NCBI GenBank assembly: GCA_963716255.1
Contig: OY970303.1
Location: forward strand, 128,001 to 192,000
Reading direction: 5' to 3'
Source of the DNA: an uncultured Gemmatimonadales bacterium
GTDB taxonomy: Bacteria; Gemmatimonadota; Gemmatimonadetes; Longimicrobiales; Longimicrobiaceae
DNA: 64,000 nt
Shown here: piece after piece, positions 1 through 9,421 of the stretch
Layout of the letters: each line of letters starts with the position of its first letter
How positions within the stretch are numbered: the stretch's first letter is position 1
Program-made: the position numbers and the translations under genes
The notes under the pieces: generated by a model
Told to the model about the DNA's origin: nothing
Databases searched by the model: none
Seen by the model: only the letters and a program-made list of their open reading frames with translations

Positions 1-1536
1 GAGCTGGACTACCCCCCGCGCCTCAACTGCGCCGCCGAGCTGCTGGACCGCCAGTTGCGGGCCGGGCACGGCGACCGCGCCGCCATCCTCGCGGCGGGGA
101 CCCGCTGGACGTACCAGGAGCTGCTGGAAATCACCAGCCGCATCGCCGGCGTCCTCCGGGACGAGCTCGGGCTGGTCCCCGGCAACCGCGTCCTCCTCCG
201 CGGCCCCAACAACCCCATGATGGCCGCGTGCTGGCTCGCCGTGCTCCGGGCCGGCGGCATCTGCGTCGCCACCATGCCGCTGCTGCGCCAGCGGGAGCTC
301 GCGTACGCCGCGCAGAAGGCCCGCGCGCGCTTCGCGCTCACCGACGCGCGCCTCGCCGACGACCTGGAGGCCGCCGCCGCCTCCGCGCCAACGCTGGAGC
401 GCATCGTCCGCTTCGGCGCCCCCGAGGAAGCCGGCTCGCTGGAAGCCCTGATGCGCGGCCGGCCGGCGGAGTTCCCCGCCGTGGACACCGCCGCCGACGA
501 CGTCGCGATGATCGCCTTCACCTCGGGGACCACCGGCCAGCCCAAGGGCGCCGTGCACACCCACCGCGACGTGCTCGCCGCCTCCGACTGCTTCCCCGGG
601 CACGTGCTGCGCCCCACCGCCGACGACGTCTTCTGCGGCTCGCCGCCGCTGGCCTTCACCTTCGGGCTCGGCGGGCTGCTCCTGTTCCCGCTGCGCGCCG
701 GCGCGGCCACGCTGCTGCTGGAGCAGCCCACCCCGCCCAACCTCCTCCAGGCCATCCAGGAGCACCGCGCCACCCTCTGCTTCACCGCGCCCATCGCCTA
801 CCGGGCCATGGCCGAGCAGGCCGCCGGCTACGACCTGCGGTCGCTGCGCAGCTGCGTGTCCGCGGGGGAGACCCTTCCCCTCCCCACCTGGGAAGCGTTC
901 CGCGAGGCCACCGGCATCTCCATCATCGACGGCATCGGCTCCACCGAGATGCTCCACATCTTCATCGCCTCGCCCGTGGAGGAGATCCGCCCCGGCTCCA
1001 CCGGCCGCGTCGTGCCCGGCTACCGGGCGCGCGTCATCGACCCCGAGGGAAACCCCGTTCCCCCGGGGACGCTGGGCCGCCTGGCCGTACAGGGCCCCAC
1101 CGGGTGCCGCTACCTGGACGACCCCGAGCGCCAGCGCGTGTACGTGCACGACGGTTGGAACCTGACGGGCGACACCTACGTGATGGACGAGGACGGGTAC
1201 TTCTGGTACCAGGCGCGCAACGACGACATGATCATCTCCGCCGGCTACAACATCGCCGGCCCCGAGGTGGAGAGCGCGCTCCTGGACCACCCGGCGGTGG
1301 CCGAGTGCGGCGTGGTGGGCGCCCCGGACCCGGAGCGCGGGCAGGTGGTCAAGGCGTTCGTGGTGCTCCGCGAGGGGCACGTGCCCGGCCCGGAGATGGT
1401 CAAGGAGCTCCAGGACTTCGTCAAGCGCGAGATCGCCCCCTACAAGTACCCGCGGCAGGTGGAATTCGTGGACGCCCTTCCCCGCACGCAGACCGGCAAG
1501 CTCCAGCGGTTCCGGTTGCGCGAACAGGAAGCGTGA
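1..1536 (+). CDS. AMP-binding acyl-CoA ligase, benzoate/2-aminobenzoate-CoA ligase-like (5' partial)
   Basis: Frame open from base 1 (ELDYPPRLNCAAELLD...). AMP-binding motifs FTSGTTGQPKG, GIGSTEM and TGD, plus C-terminal PRTQTGKLQR. Confidence 0.9.
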   Translation, partial: ELDYPPRLNCAAELLDRQLRAGHGDRAAILAAGTRWTYQELLEITSRIAGVLRDELGLVPGNRVLLRGPNNPMMAACWLAVLRAGGICVATMPLLRQRELAYAAQKARARFALTDARLADDLEAAAASAPTLERIVRFGAPEEAGSLEALMRGRPAEFPAVDTAADDVAMIAFTSGTTGQPKGAVHTHRDVLAASDCFPGHVLRPTADDVFCGSPPLAFTFGLGGLLLFPLRAGAATLLLEQPTPPNLLQAIQEHRATLCFTAPIAYRAMAEQAAGYDLRSLRSCVSAGETLPLPTWEAFREATGISIIDGIGSTEMLHIFIASPVEEIRPGSTGRVVPGYRARVIDPEGNPVPPGTLGRLAVQGPTGCRYLDDPERQRVYVHDGWNLTGDTYVMDEDGYFWYQARNDDMIISAGYNIAGPEVESALLDHPAVAECGVVGAPDPERGQVVKAFVVLREGHVPGPEMVKELQDFVKREIAPYKYPRQVEFVDALPRTQTGKLQRFRLREQEA

Positions 1537-1557
1537 TGAGGACGGATGGGTACGCCC

Positions 1558-1692
1558 GGTTCGGGCGTGCCCCCGGCTGGCGCCGGGGTCGGGCTTCGGC
1601 TCCGTAACGCACGATAAAACTGTGCGTAACGGAGTCGAGCCCCGGCAAACTGCCGCCGGGTCTCGCCCCTTCGGGCCGTAATCCCTCACGCG
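1558..1692 (+). repeat. ~135-bp structured interspersed repeat, copy 1
   Basis: GGTTCGGGCGTGCCCCCGGCTGGCGCCGGGGTCGGGCTTCGGCTCCGTA...AACGGAGTCGAGCCCC...GGTCTCGCCCCTTCGGGCCG(A/T)AATCCCTCACGC, recurring 9 times in the window. Confidence 0.95.
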
Positions 1693-1741
1693 AGGCATCG
1701 CACTGGCGTCCGCAGCGATGCCCGACTTACAAGGATTCCGC

Positions 1742-2149
1742 ATGACGCAGGGAATGCAGCTCCTCCAGCCCGACGGCTGGGCCGCGCCGAAGGGCTACGC
1801 CAACGGCGTCGCCGCCAGCGGGCGCATCGTCGTCACCGCTGGCCAGATCGGCTGGGACCCGGCCACCGGCGAGTTCGCCAGCGACGACTTCGCCGCGCAG
1901 ACCGGGCAGGCGCTCCGCAACGTCGCCGCCGTCCTCGCCGAGGCCGGCGCCGCACCGGAGCACCTGGTGCGCCTCACCTGGTACGTCACCGACCGCGACG
2001 CCTACCTGGCCGCCACCCGCGAGATCGGCCGCGCCTACCGCGACATCTTCGGCCGCCACTTCCCGGCGATGGCCGTGGTGGTGGTCGCCGGCCTGCTGGA
2101 GGCCCGGGCCCGGGTGGAGATCGAGGCCACGGCGGTGATCCCCGGCTGA
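1742..2149 (+). CDS. RidA/YjgF/UK114 family protein
   Basis: Motifs GYANG, AGQIGWD, FPAMAVVVVAGL and VEIEATA. Start ATG 1742 chosen over 1718. Confidence 0.88.
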   Translation: MTQGMQLLQPDGWAAPKGYANGVAASGRIVVTAGQIGWDPATGEFASDDFAAQTGQALRNVAAVLAEAGAAPEHLVRLTWYVTDRDAYLAATREIGRAYRDIFGRHFPAMAVVVVAGLLEARARVEIEATAVIPG

Positions 2150-2230
2150 GCCCTGGCGCCCCGCCGCGCCCCGCACGATCTTGCCGCCGCGCCGCACGCG
2201 ATCCGTCCACGCACCCTCACCGGGACCACG

Positions 2231-2635
2231 ATGATCTTCCTTTACCACGCGCACTCCGGGCTCCGCTACCTCGTCCTCCTCGTCGGCTTCCTGGCCGTCC
2301 TCTACCTGGCGTTCGGGCTGCTGACCCGCCGCCCCTTCGACGGTCCCGCGCGCGGCCTCGCCGCCGCCTTCACGGGAATGCTCGACCTGCAGATGGTCTT
2401 CGGCATCCTGCTGCTCTTCTTCCGGCCGTTCTACCCGGCGCTCATCGGGCACGTCGTGACCATGCTGCTCGCCATCGCCGCGGCGCACGGCTTCGCGGTC
2501 GCCGCGAAGAAGGCCGCCGACCCGCGGCGCAGGTACGGGCTGGCGCTCACCGGCGTCGCGCTCGCGCTGCTGCTCATCGCGGGCGGTATCATGTCCATCG
2601 GCCGCGGCCTGTTCCAGACGACCGTGGGGTCTTGA
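2231..2635 (+). CDS. Four-TM membrane protein of unknown function (His-containing)
   Basis: 134 aa with four hydrophobic segments; HSGLRY, DLQ and HVVTM motifs; typical codon usage. Confidence 0.75.
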   Translation: MIFLYHAHSGLRYLVLLVGFLAVLYLAFGLLTRRPFDGPARGLAAAFTGMLDLQMVFGILLLFFRPFYPALIGHVVTMLLAIAAAHGFAVAAKKAADPRRRYGLALTGVALALLLIAGGIMSIGRGLFQTTVGS

Positions 2636-2898
2636 CGGGACCGGACGCTCCGGGAAGCGGCGCCGCCACGGCGGGGGACTCCGCGCCGGCGCGGCCCGTC
2701 CTGCGCACCGCCGACCTCTCGGGCCGCGAGCGCTACCAGCTCCTCACCTCCCTGGGGGTGCGGCTCTCGGAGGCGGTGCGGCGGGTGGAGGGGACGCAAT
2801 TCGCCGACACCGAGTCGCTGCGGCCGGTCGCGCGGCTCTGGGGCGACCTGTACTCGCTCGTCGGCGAGATGCCGGCTTTGTCGCGTCCGAAAGTGTAG
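2632..2898 (+). pseudogene. Internally deleted flavin reductase-like (DIM6/NTAB family) remnant
   Basis: N-terminal motif DLSGRERYQLLTSL is fused directly to C-terminal motif DTESLRPVARLWGDLY...RP; the central PRPI/FMN-binding core is absent. Confidence 0.6.
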
Positions 2899-2913
2899 CG
2901 GACTGCGACCGCG

Positions 2914-3050
2914 GGTTCGGGCGTGCCCCCGGCGGGCGCCGGGGTCGGGCTTCGGCTCCGTAAGCGAGCAAACAACGCTCGCTAACGGAGTCGAGCCCCC
3001 GCGAAACTGCCCGCGCGGTCTCGCCCCTTCGGGCCGAAATCCCTCACGCG
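2914..3050 (+). repeat. ~135-bp structured repeat, copy 2
   Basis: Same consensus as 1558-1692; variable stem AGCGAGC-AAACAAC-GCTCGCT. Confidence 0.95.
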
Positions 3051-3177
3051 GGTCTCGCGCTGGCGTCCGCGGCCAGGGGGGCTCGTACCCCTGTCTCCGC
3101 CGCAGCGACATTCCCGCGTAACCTCCGCTCCAACCTCTGCCCGGAGACCTTCCGCTTTGCAAGCGGACGTGCTTCGG

Positions 3178-4170
3178 TCAAAACCCCGCCACCTCCCGCA
3201 GGTAGCGCGCGTACCCCGTCGAACCCTCCCCCTCCGCCTCCTGCCACCCGCGGAAGCGGACGCGCTCGTCCCAGAAACACTCCCGCGTCCCCGCCTTCGC
3301 CGCGGCGCTCCCCCACCCCGCCTCGTCCGCCCCGATGCAGTCCGCACCCCGGCCGTGCGGAAACGGACGCGCGCGGCTCCCGGCGTTCTGCCGGAGCGAC
3401 GCCACCGGGAAGCGGCGCGCCGCGTGGTTTCCGCCGCAGCCGTCGTAGCTCCAGTGGCCGCCGGCGCACGCCCCCGCGGTGGGGTAGCCGCCGTGCTTGC
3501 CGTGCGCCACCCACACCACCGGCGCGCCCCGCGTCTGTCCGCCCGCCCAGGCGAACCGCTCCAGCTCGGCCCCCTCGAACCACCGGCACCGCCCGTCCGA
3601 GCGGCCGTGGCAGTGCGCCGACAGGAACACGCGCTCCGCCGCCCAGCGCCCCGCCCCCGGGTCGAACGCCGCGTCCACCACCACCAGCTCGGAGTCGCCC
3701 GGGTGGCCGCGGCACAGCCACCCCGTCACGCGGCAGACGGGGAGCCGCCACCCGCAGTCGCGGTAGTACGCCGGCATGTACGCGATCCTCATCCCCGCGC
3801 CCGCCGGCACGCGCTGTACCGCGTACAGGTACTCGCCGCCCAGCCGTCCCTCCCCCACGCTCGCGTCCCACCCGCACTCCCGCGCGTCCACCCGCAGCTC
3901 GGGCGCGAAAGCCTCCGCCAGCGCGTGCTCGCAGCCGTCCGCCACCCCGTCCAGGTCGCGGTCGGCGGCGCGTGGGCCCTCCGCCGTGCAATCCGCCTCC
4001 GGCCAACCCACGGCCAGCCCGGCCGCCGCCTCCGCGCCCGCGGGCGACCCGCGGTCGGAGTCCGGCGAAACCGCCGTCCCACCACCCGCGCACGCGGCCA
4101 CGACGCTCGCGAGGAGCACCCTCGCCAGGAAACGCACCGCCTCTTTCCAAGCCCCAGCTCCAGGATCCAT
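3178..4170 (-). CDS. Hypothetical Cys-rich lipoprotein
   Basis: Lipobox-like LLASVVAAC (likely GTG start 4137); DRDLDGVADGCE motif; many Cys; FLSAH and HGKHGGY motifs. Confidence 0.65.
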   Translation of the reverse strand: MDPGAGAWKEAVRFLARVLLASVVAACAGGGTAVSPDSDRGSPAGAEAAAGLAVGWPEADCTAEGPRAADRDLDGVADGCEHALAEAFAPELRVDARECGWDASVGEGRLGGEYLYAVQRVPAGAGMRIAYMPAYYRDCGWRLPVCRVTGWLCRGHPGDSELVVVDAAFDPGAGRWAAERVFLSAHCHGRSDGRCRWFEGAELERFAWAGGQTRGAPVVWVAHGKHGGYPTAGACAGGHWSYDGCGGNHAARRFPVASLRQNAGSRARPFPHGRGADCIGADEAGWGSAAAKAGTRECFWDERVRFRGWQEAEGEGSTGYARYLREVAGF

Positions 4171-4610
4171 ACGGATTCACATCGTTCCCTGGTGTGACTC
4201 GCCCGCGCCGCCCGCCACATGCACCATTGGGGCGACATTGACACGACCCTCAATGGAACTGTACCACCGCCGCCCCGATCCGGTGGCGATCCGGTGTCCC
4301 ACCCGTGGCGCCGGGCGAGGATTCCACCGCCCGGGAGCGAAGCCGTAACCTCCGCTCCAGGAGGCATCTTGCCGTGTAAACAGATACTGGAGCGACAATC
4401 CGGGCCCGGCGCTTGCCGCGCCGTCCACCCGCGTGTGCCGCCCGGCACGCGCATCTCGCCGCCGCACCCGGCACGTGCAGAAGCCGCCCGCGACATGACC
4501 GGAGCGGGCATGCCTGCTCCCATGAGGCATGGCCCGTTCCACACCCTTTGCGGGGCCCCTGCACCGGGCGCGGCAACCCTCTCCTTCCCACCCGGGACCC
4601 GAGGTGCTCC

Positions 4611-7073
4611 ATGAGCAAGAACGACGACGAAGCCGCCGCCAAGCCGCCCACCGGCTTCAAGGCCGCAGCCGCGCAGCCGGACGACGGCTTCGCGGAGTTC
4701 CTGAAGGCGTTCGCGCCCGCGCTGCGGAGCGGCCTGGACGATCCGGCGTCCGCCGACCCGGCGGGCGGCCTGCCGCCCACCGACGACGTCGCGCTGGCCA
4801 CGCATCTCTCCGAGCGGCTGTTCACCGAGGAGCTGGCGCGCCGCTTCTTTCCCCGCGAGGCCGCGGAGATCCTGGGCCCCGGCGGCGAGTGGCGCTGGTG
4901 CCTTCCCCTGGTGCGCTGCTGCTGGATGTTCGGGTGGCTGGTGTGCCGCGGCTGCCGCGACTACCAGGCGCTCAACTACTACCTGTACCGCTACTGGCTG
5001 TGCGTGCGCGCGGCCCTGGGGCGCGACCCGCGCACCCAGGTGTCCGGCCGGGAAAGGGAAGAGTTCCGCGCGCTGGCCGCGCTGCTGGGCAAAACCTACT
5101 CCGCGTGGCTCAAGGAAGAGGAGATGAAGGTGGCGCTGGACGCCGGCGCGGTGGACGACGTGCTCGCCGGCCGCACCGACTGCTGCCGCGACAACGCCTT
5201 CACCGCGGCGCTCTTCGACCGCCTGGCCACCCAGGAGGCCGCCGAGGCGCTGCTGGGGCGCGAGGCGTTCGCCCAGCACGCAAAGCACCCGTGGTTCTGG
5301 CTCTGCCGCTGCTGGTGCCGCGCCGCCATCCGCTTCGGGTGCTGCCTGGCCTGCGCGCGCTCGCACGAGGACATGCGGCGCTGCCTGGCCGAGTACCAGC
5401 GCAGCCTGGCGGACTGCGTGGGGCCGCTGCGCTGCGAGCTGACCCGCCCCACCGGGTGCTTCGAGGAGCAGCCCATCCTGGAGATCGAGGACCTGGGCGT
5501 GCCCGTCACCGGCACCGCCATGGGCGCGTTCTTCGGCGGCTACACGCTGGAATGGCGCTTCGTGGAGGGCGAGGAGTGCGGCGGGCCGAGCGGGTGGAGC
5601 TCGGTGGGGGTGGTGTACCCCGGCGGCGGGGCCGCGGGCTCCGCGCCGGTGCTCAACGGCACGCTGGGGTGGATCAAGACCCGGCTCCTCCCCGCCCGCT
5701 CGTACGAGGTGCGCGTCTGCCTGAGGACGTCCCGGCCCGGCACCGCGCCGCCGTGCTGCTGCATCATCTTCAACCTGTTCAAGCGCTTCGTGTGGATCAA
5801 CCGGGTGGGCGCCGGCTGGGTGGGCGACAGCGGCGTCTTCGACCCCGACGCGCCGCTGGTGCACCCGCCCGTCCCCGATCCCGCGTCGCACCTGGTGCCG
5901 GTGGGGTGCTGCGTCAACGTGCACGGCGCCGCCTGGGTGGGCGAGTGCAACGACCGCCGCATCCGCTGCTTCTCGCTGCGCTACGCGCCCAACTTCCTCC
6001 CCGGCTCCACTCAGCCGGGGTTCAACCCCGCGGTCTACGTCCCGCTCCCCGGCCAGCCCCCGGTGTGCTACACGCCCCCCGACGAGGCCGAGAAGCGCGC
6101 CCAGCCCAACGAGCTGACCGCCAACGACAGCATCCTGACCACGCAGTGGCAGCAGGTGACCGTCGACCTGTCCTCGTGGTTCGGGCTTCCGCCGCACACC
6201 ATCGAGCACAAGGAGTGGCACCTGCAGCCGCACTGCTTCGAATCCGGGAGCCTGCCGGCGTGCCTGGACGACGAGCACACCTGCGGCAGCGGGCGGTACA
6301 CCCTGCTGCTGGACGTGGAGGACACGCTGGGGAACCACTACTACGACACCCAGCACGTGTGGTTCGACAACAAGCGGCTGCACCTCCTGCTGGGCGGGCT
6401 GGAGGGGCTGCAGTCGTGCCAGACGCTGTCGATGAGGAGGTTCACGGGGAGCCGGCCCTGCGCGTCGCCGTGGCCGCTGCCGGTGATGGGCACCGCGTAC
6501 GACGAGTACATCATCCCCAAGGACCACAGCTACCCCAGCGACAACTTCGACTTCTACACCCTCACCATCACCCGCAACTGCGGCGGGCCCACCTACCAGG
6601 TGCCCATCACGCGCGACCTGGTGAACTTCGACAAGGACATCCTCACGGGCGCGGTGGACCCGCTCAAGGGGACGGCACACGTGGGCGTCCCCGCGCCGGT
6701 GTGCGCGTGCGACCCCAGCCTGGGGCCGGCGATGCACGGCGTGCTCACGCTGCTCGACATGCGCATCTTCGACGCCACCTGCGCGCCCCTGCTGCCGGCC
6801 CCGTTCCGTCCGCCGCCGGGGTTCGCGCTGCAGCGCGGCGAGTGCTGCGCGTACGCCATCCAGCTCTGCGGCCAGGACAAGACGGTGAACGACCTGGGCC
6901 CCGGGCAATGCCATTATGGGTGCACGCCCTGCTGCGCCATCACCGTCTGCAACGACCTGCAGCGCGAGGAGGCCGTGATCGCCGCCGGGGCGTACGACGT
7001 GGGCGACATGCTCGTGCGGGGCTCCCAGACCGCCGAGCCGGGCTCCGGCGCCGCGGCCGAGCCGGCCGGCTGA
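4611..7073 (+). CDS. Large cysteine-rich hypothetical protein (~820 aa)
   Basis: ATG 4611 with GAGG upstream; strong GC3 bias; about 45 Cys by hand count; no signal peptide evident. Confidence 0.85.
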   Translation: MSKNDDEAAAKPPTGFKAAAAQPDDGFAEFLKAFAPALRSGLDDPASADPAGGLPPTDDVALATHLSERLFTEELARRFFPREAAEILGPGGEWRWCLPLVRCCWMFGWLVCRGCRDYQALNYYLYRYWLCVRAALGRDPRTQVSGREREEFRALAALLGKTYSAWLKEEEMKVALDAGAVDDVLAGRTDCCRDNAFTAALFDRLATQEAAEALLGREAFAQHAKHPWFWLCRCWCRAAIRFGCCLACARSHEDMRRCLAEYQRSLADCVGPLRCELTRPTGCFEEQPILEIEDLGVPVTGTAMGAFFGGYTLEWRFVEGEECGGPSGWSSVGVVYPGGGAAGSAPVLNGTLGWIKTRLLPARSYEVRVCLRTSRPGTAPPCCCIIFNLFKRFVWINRVGAGWVGDSGVFDPDAPLVHPPVPDPASHLVPVGCCVNVHGAAWVGECNDRRIRCFSLRYAPNFLPGSTQPGFNPAVYVPLPGQPPVCYTPPDEAEKRAQPNELTANDSILTTQWQQVTVDLSSWFGLPPHTIEHKEWHLQPHCFESGSLPACLDDEHTCGSGRYTLLLDVEDTLGNHYYDTQHVWFDNKRLHLLLGGLEGLQSCQTLSMRRFTGSRPCASPWPLPVMGTAYDEYIIPKDHSYPSDNFDFYTLTITRNCGGPTYQVPITRDLVNFDKDILTGAVDPLKGTAHVGVPAPVCACDPSLGPAMHGVLTLLDMRIFDATCAPLLPAPFRPPPGFALQRGECCAYAIQLCGQDKTVNDLGPGQCHYGCTPCCAITVCNDLQREEAVIAAGAYDVGDMLVRGSQTAEPGSGAAAEPAG

Positions 7074-7074
7074 G

Positions 7075-7383
7075 GTGGACGCCTGGCTGCGGCTGGTGCT
7101 GGCCGTGCTCGCGTGCTGGCGGGTGACGCACCTGCTGGCGCGCGAGGACGGCCCGTGGGACGTGGTGGCCCGCCTCCGCGCCGCCCTGGGCGGCGGGATG
7201 CTGGGCCGGATGATGGACTGCTTCTACTGCCTGAGCGTATGGGTGGCGCTTCCGCTGGCCCTGTTCGTCACCCCCGCTGCGGCGGAGCGGGTGGTGGCGT
7301 GGCTCGCGGTCTCGGGCGGCGCCTGCCTGCTGGAGCGGATCGGACGCGAGCCGGTGGCGTTCACGCGGCTCGACGAACCCTGA
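7075..7383 (+). CDS. DUF1360-like small membrane protein
   Basis: LACWRVTHLLAREDGPW...CFYCLSVW pattern with a CxxC; starts 1 nt after the upstream stop. Confidence 0.75.
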   Translation: MDAWLRLVLAVLACWRVTHLLAREDGPWDVVARLRAALGGGMLGRMMDCFYCLSVWVALPLALFVTPAAAERVVAWLAVSGGACLLERIGREPVAFTRLDEP

Positions 7384-7400
7384 GCGACGGAGGTGGACCG

Positions 7401-7688
7401 ATGGGATGCTGTGGACAGAGCCGCGCCGCGTACGGCGGCCATGACGAGGCGCGCTACCCGCAGGCGCAGCCCGCCCCCGCCCCCATGCCGTGGACGGCGG
7501 AGCCCGCGGCGGCGGCTCCCCCGGCGGGGGGGGTGCGCCTGCACTTCACCCGGCAGGCGCGGGTGCGGGTGCGGGGGCCGGTGTCGGGCACGGACTACGT
7601 GTTCTCCGGAAGCGACCCGGTGCAGAGCGTGGCCGCCGTGGACGCGGACGGGCTGCTTCGCACGGGCTACTTTCGCCGCGCGTACTGA
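7401..7688 (+). CDS. Small hypothetical protein with N-terminal MGCCG motif
   Basis: GGAGG RBS at 7389-7393, ATG 7401; 95 aa; C-terminal VRGPVSGTDYVF...VDADGLLRTGYFRR. Confidence 0.75.
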   Translation: MGCCGQSRAAYGGHDEARYPQAQPAPAPMPWTAEPAAAAPPAGGVRLHFTRQARVRVRGPVSGTDYVFSGSDPVQSVAAVDADGLLRTGYFRRAY

Positions 7689-7709
7689 TTTGAACGGCTT
7701 TTGACGACG

Positions 7710-7848
7710 GATTCGGGCGTGCCCCCGGCTGGCGCCGGGGTCGGGCTTCGGCTCCGTAAGGCAGCAAACAACGCTGCCTAACGGAGTCGAGCCCCGGCGC
7801 AAACAGCCCCGCCGGGTCTCGCCCCTTCGGGCCGAAATCCCTCACGCG
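7710..7848 (+). repeat. ~135-bp structured repeat, copy 3
   Basis: Consensus match; variable stem AGGCAGC-AAACAAC-GCTGCCT. Confidence 0.95.
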
Positions 7849-7927
7849 GGGATCACGCTGACGCCCGCAGATCCGGCGGGCGAACGGCGCCGGCCCCGCC
7901 ATCACGGATGCACCTGGCGTCTGGCAA

Positions 7928-8246
7928 CTACCCCGCCGCCCCCACCAGCGCGTCCAGCCGCTTCGCCGAGAACCCGGCCGTCGCGCGGTCCCCTGCGACC
8001 ACCACGGGCCGCGTGATGAAGGTGTACTCCTCCTCCATCAGCCGCAGCATCTCGTCCTCGGACACCTCGTGCTCGTGCAGCCCCATGGCGCGGTACTTCA
8101 TGGCGCGCCGCGAGAACAGCTTGTCGGGCCCGCCGACGAAGTCCGCCAGCCGCCGCACTTCGTCGGCCGGGAGGCGGTCGGTCTTGAGCGGTCGACGGCC
8201 ACGCCCCTGCCCTCCAGGTACGCGACGGCCTTCTGGCAGGGGGTGC
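7928..8246 (-). pseudogene. Truncated, frameshifted duplicate of ArsC/Spx-family gene (left island boundary)
   Basis: 7947-8246 is near-identical to 18229-18538, but lacks the 5' end and has a 10-bp deletion (GTCGTGGAAG). Confidence 0.9.
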
Positions 8247-8618
8247 GCTCTGCATTTCCGCGTAACCACGGCATGATCTACATCCATCTCGCCACCTGAA
8301 CCGACCCCGGCCCACCAAGATTACGTCTGGTGGGCTTACGCATATGCCGACAATCCGTCGTGTGGACTGCCGATGCGTCGACGCGAACCATCCCACCAGC
8401 GCGCTCACCACTTCGCCGAAGAAAGCCAGTGGGAATCCGGGAGACCGTGGCCGACAGAACTAACGTGCCATGAGAACCCGCCGTCCATCACGGTGCGCGA
8501 GGGTTCGCCTGAACACACCTCATACACAATGCCGAAAGCGGGGAGCGCGCTTGGCCGGCCGTGACCGCGCGGAACACAGGCGGATTGCCCCGGCTATCGC
8601 GCAGAGAACCGCTACGCC

Positions 8619-9389
8619 ATGCATCGGGATGACACGATGACAAACCAGATCAAGGTCCTCTTGCTGGCTGCCAACCCGGACAATACTACCAAACTGCACC
8701 TAGACGAGGAGGCAAGAGCCATCGCTGAAGCCATTCAATACGGGCGCGATCGCGATTCGCTCGATTTCGAGACGGCGTGGGCGGTGCGAGCCAGCGACCT
8801 GCAGCGGGTAATCCTGCACCACGAGCCCCAGATCCTGCACTTCAGCGGGCACGGCAGCAAGTCGCCGGGACTCATGATGGGAGGCGAGAACGGCGACACG
8901 CTCCCCGTCAGCGGAGAGGCGATCGCCGCCATTGTGAAGGCGGCGGCGCCCCGCATCCGGATGGTGGTCCTGAATGCCTGCCTGTCGCTCCACGTCACCC
9001 GCCGCTTCCGGAACGCCGTCGACTACACGATCGGCATGAACCAGCCGATCAGCGACCCCTCAGCGATCTGGTTCTCAGCGGCTTTCTACGGTGCGCTCGC
9101 GGCCGGTACCACGGTGGAGAAGGCATTCGAGTGGGGCATCGCCCGCCTGCTCACCCAGGGATCGAGCGAGGCCGGGGTACCCAGGCTGCTCAAGCGCAGG
9201 GGCCTTCGGACCCCGGCGGCGCTGCTTCCCGCGCCCGTACCCGAGCCAATACCCGAACCCGGACCCGCGCCCGAGCGCCTTTCGGCGCCCGCGCCGCACT
9301 ACGGCCCGAGGATCACCGCGAACGAAGTCGGAGACGTCATAACCCTCAACGGCGACAACGCCACCGTCAACACATCCCGCAAGCGATAA
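8619..9389 (+). CDS. CHAT domain (caspase-like) protease with C-terminal putative amyloid-type motif
   Basis: KVLLLAANP...LHLDEEARAI start; catalytic His in ILHFSGHG and Cys in VVLNAC; Pro-rich linker; tail ITANEVGDVITLNGDNATVN. Confidence 0.9.
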   Translation: MHRDDTMTNQIKVLLLAANPDNTTKLHLDEEARAIAEAIQYGRDRDSLDFETAWAVRASDLQRVILHHEPQILHFSGHGSKSPGLMMGGENGDTLPVSGEAIAAIVKAAAPRIRMVVLNACLSLHVTRRFRNAVDYTIGMNQPISDPSAIWFSAAFYGALAAGTTVEKAFEWGIARLLTQGSSEAGVPRLLKRRGLRTPAALLPAPVPEPIPEPGPAPERLSAPAPHYGPRITANEVGDVITLNGDNATVNTSRKR

Positions 9390-9421
9390 CCCGGAGCCCG
9401 ACCACTCAGGGAGCGGAGATC

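Noticed and set aside
1558..1692. 135-bp repeat as CRISPR repeat or tRNA
   Set aside because: The copies are dispersed rather than arrayed with spacers, no cas genes are present, and there is no cloverleaf or T-loop/CCA.
3789..6914. Long antisense or alternate-frame ORFs (also 12497-15859, 29058-32996, 51963-54578, 61284-63818)
   Set aside because: Shadow ORFs typical of high-GC DNA: Arg/Gly/Ala/Pro-rich, no motifs, and overlapping well-supported genes.
8250..8618. Possible integrase remnant or small ORF (8373-8564) at the island's left end
   Set aside because: No recombinase or transposase motif and no coding bias; more likely a promoter region.
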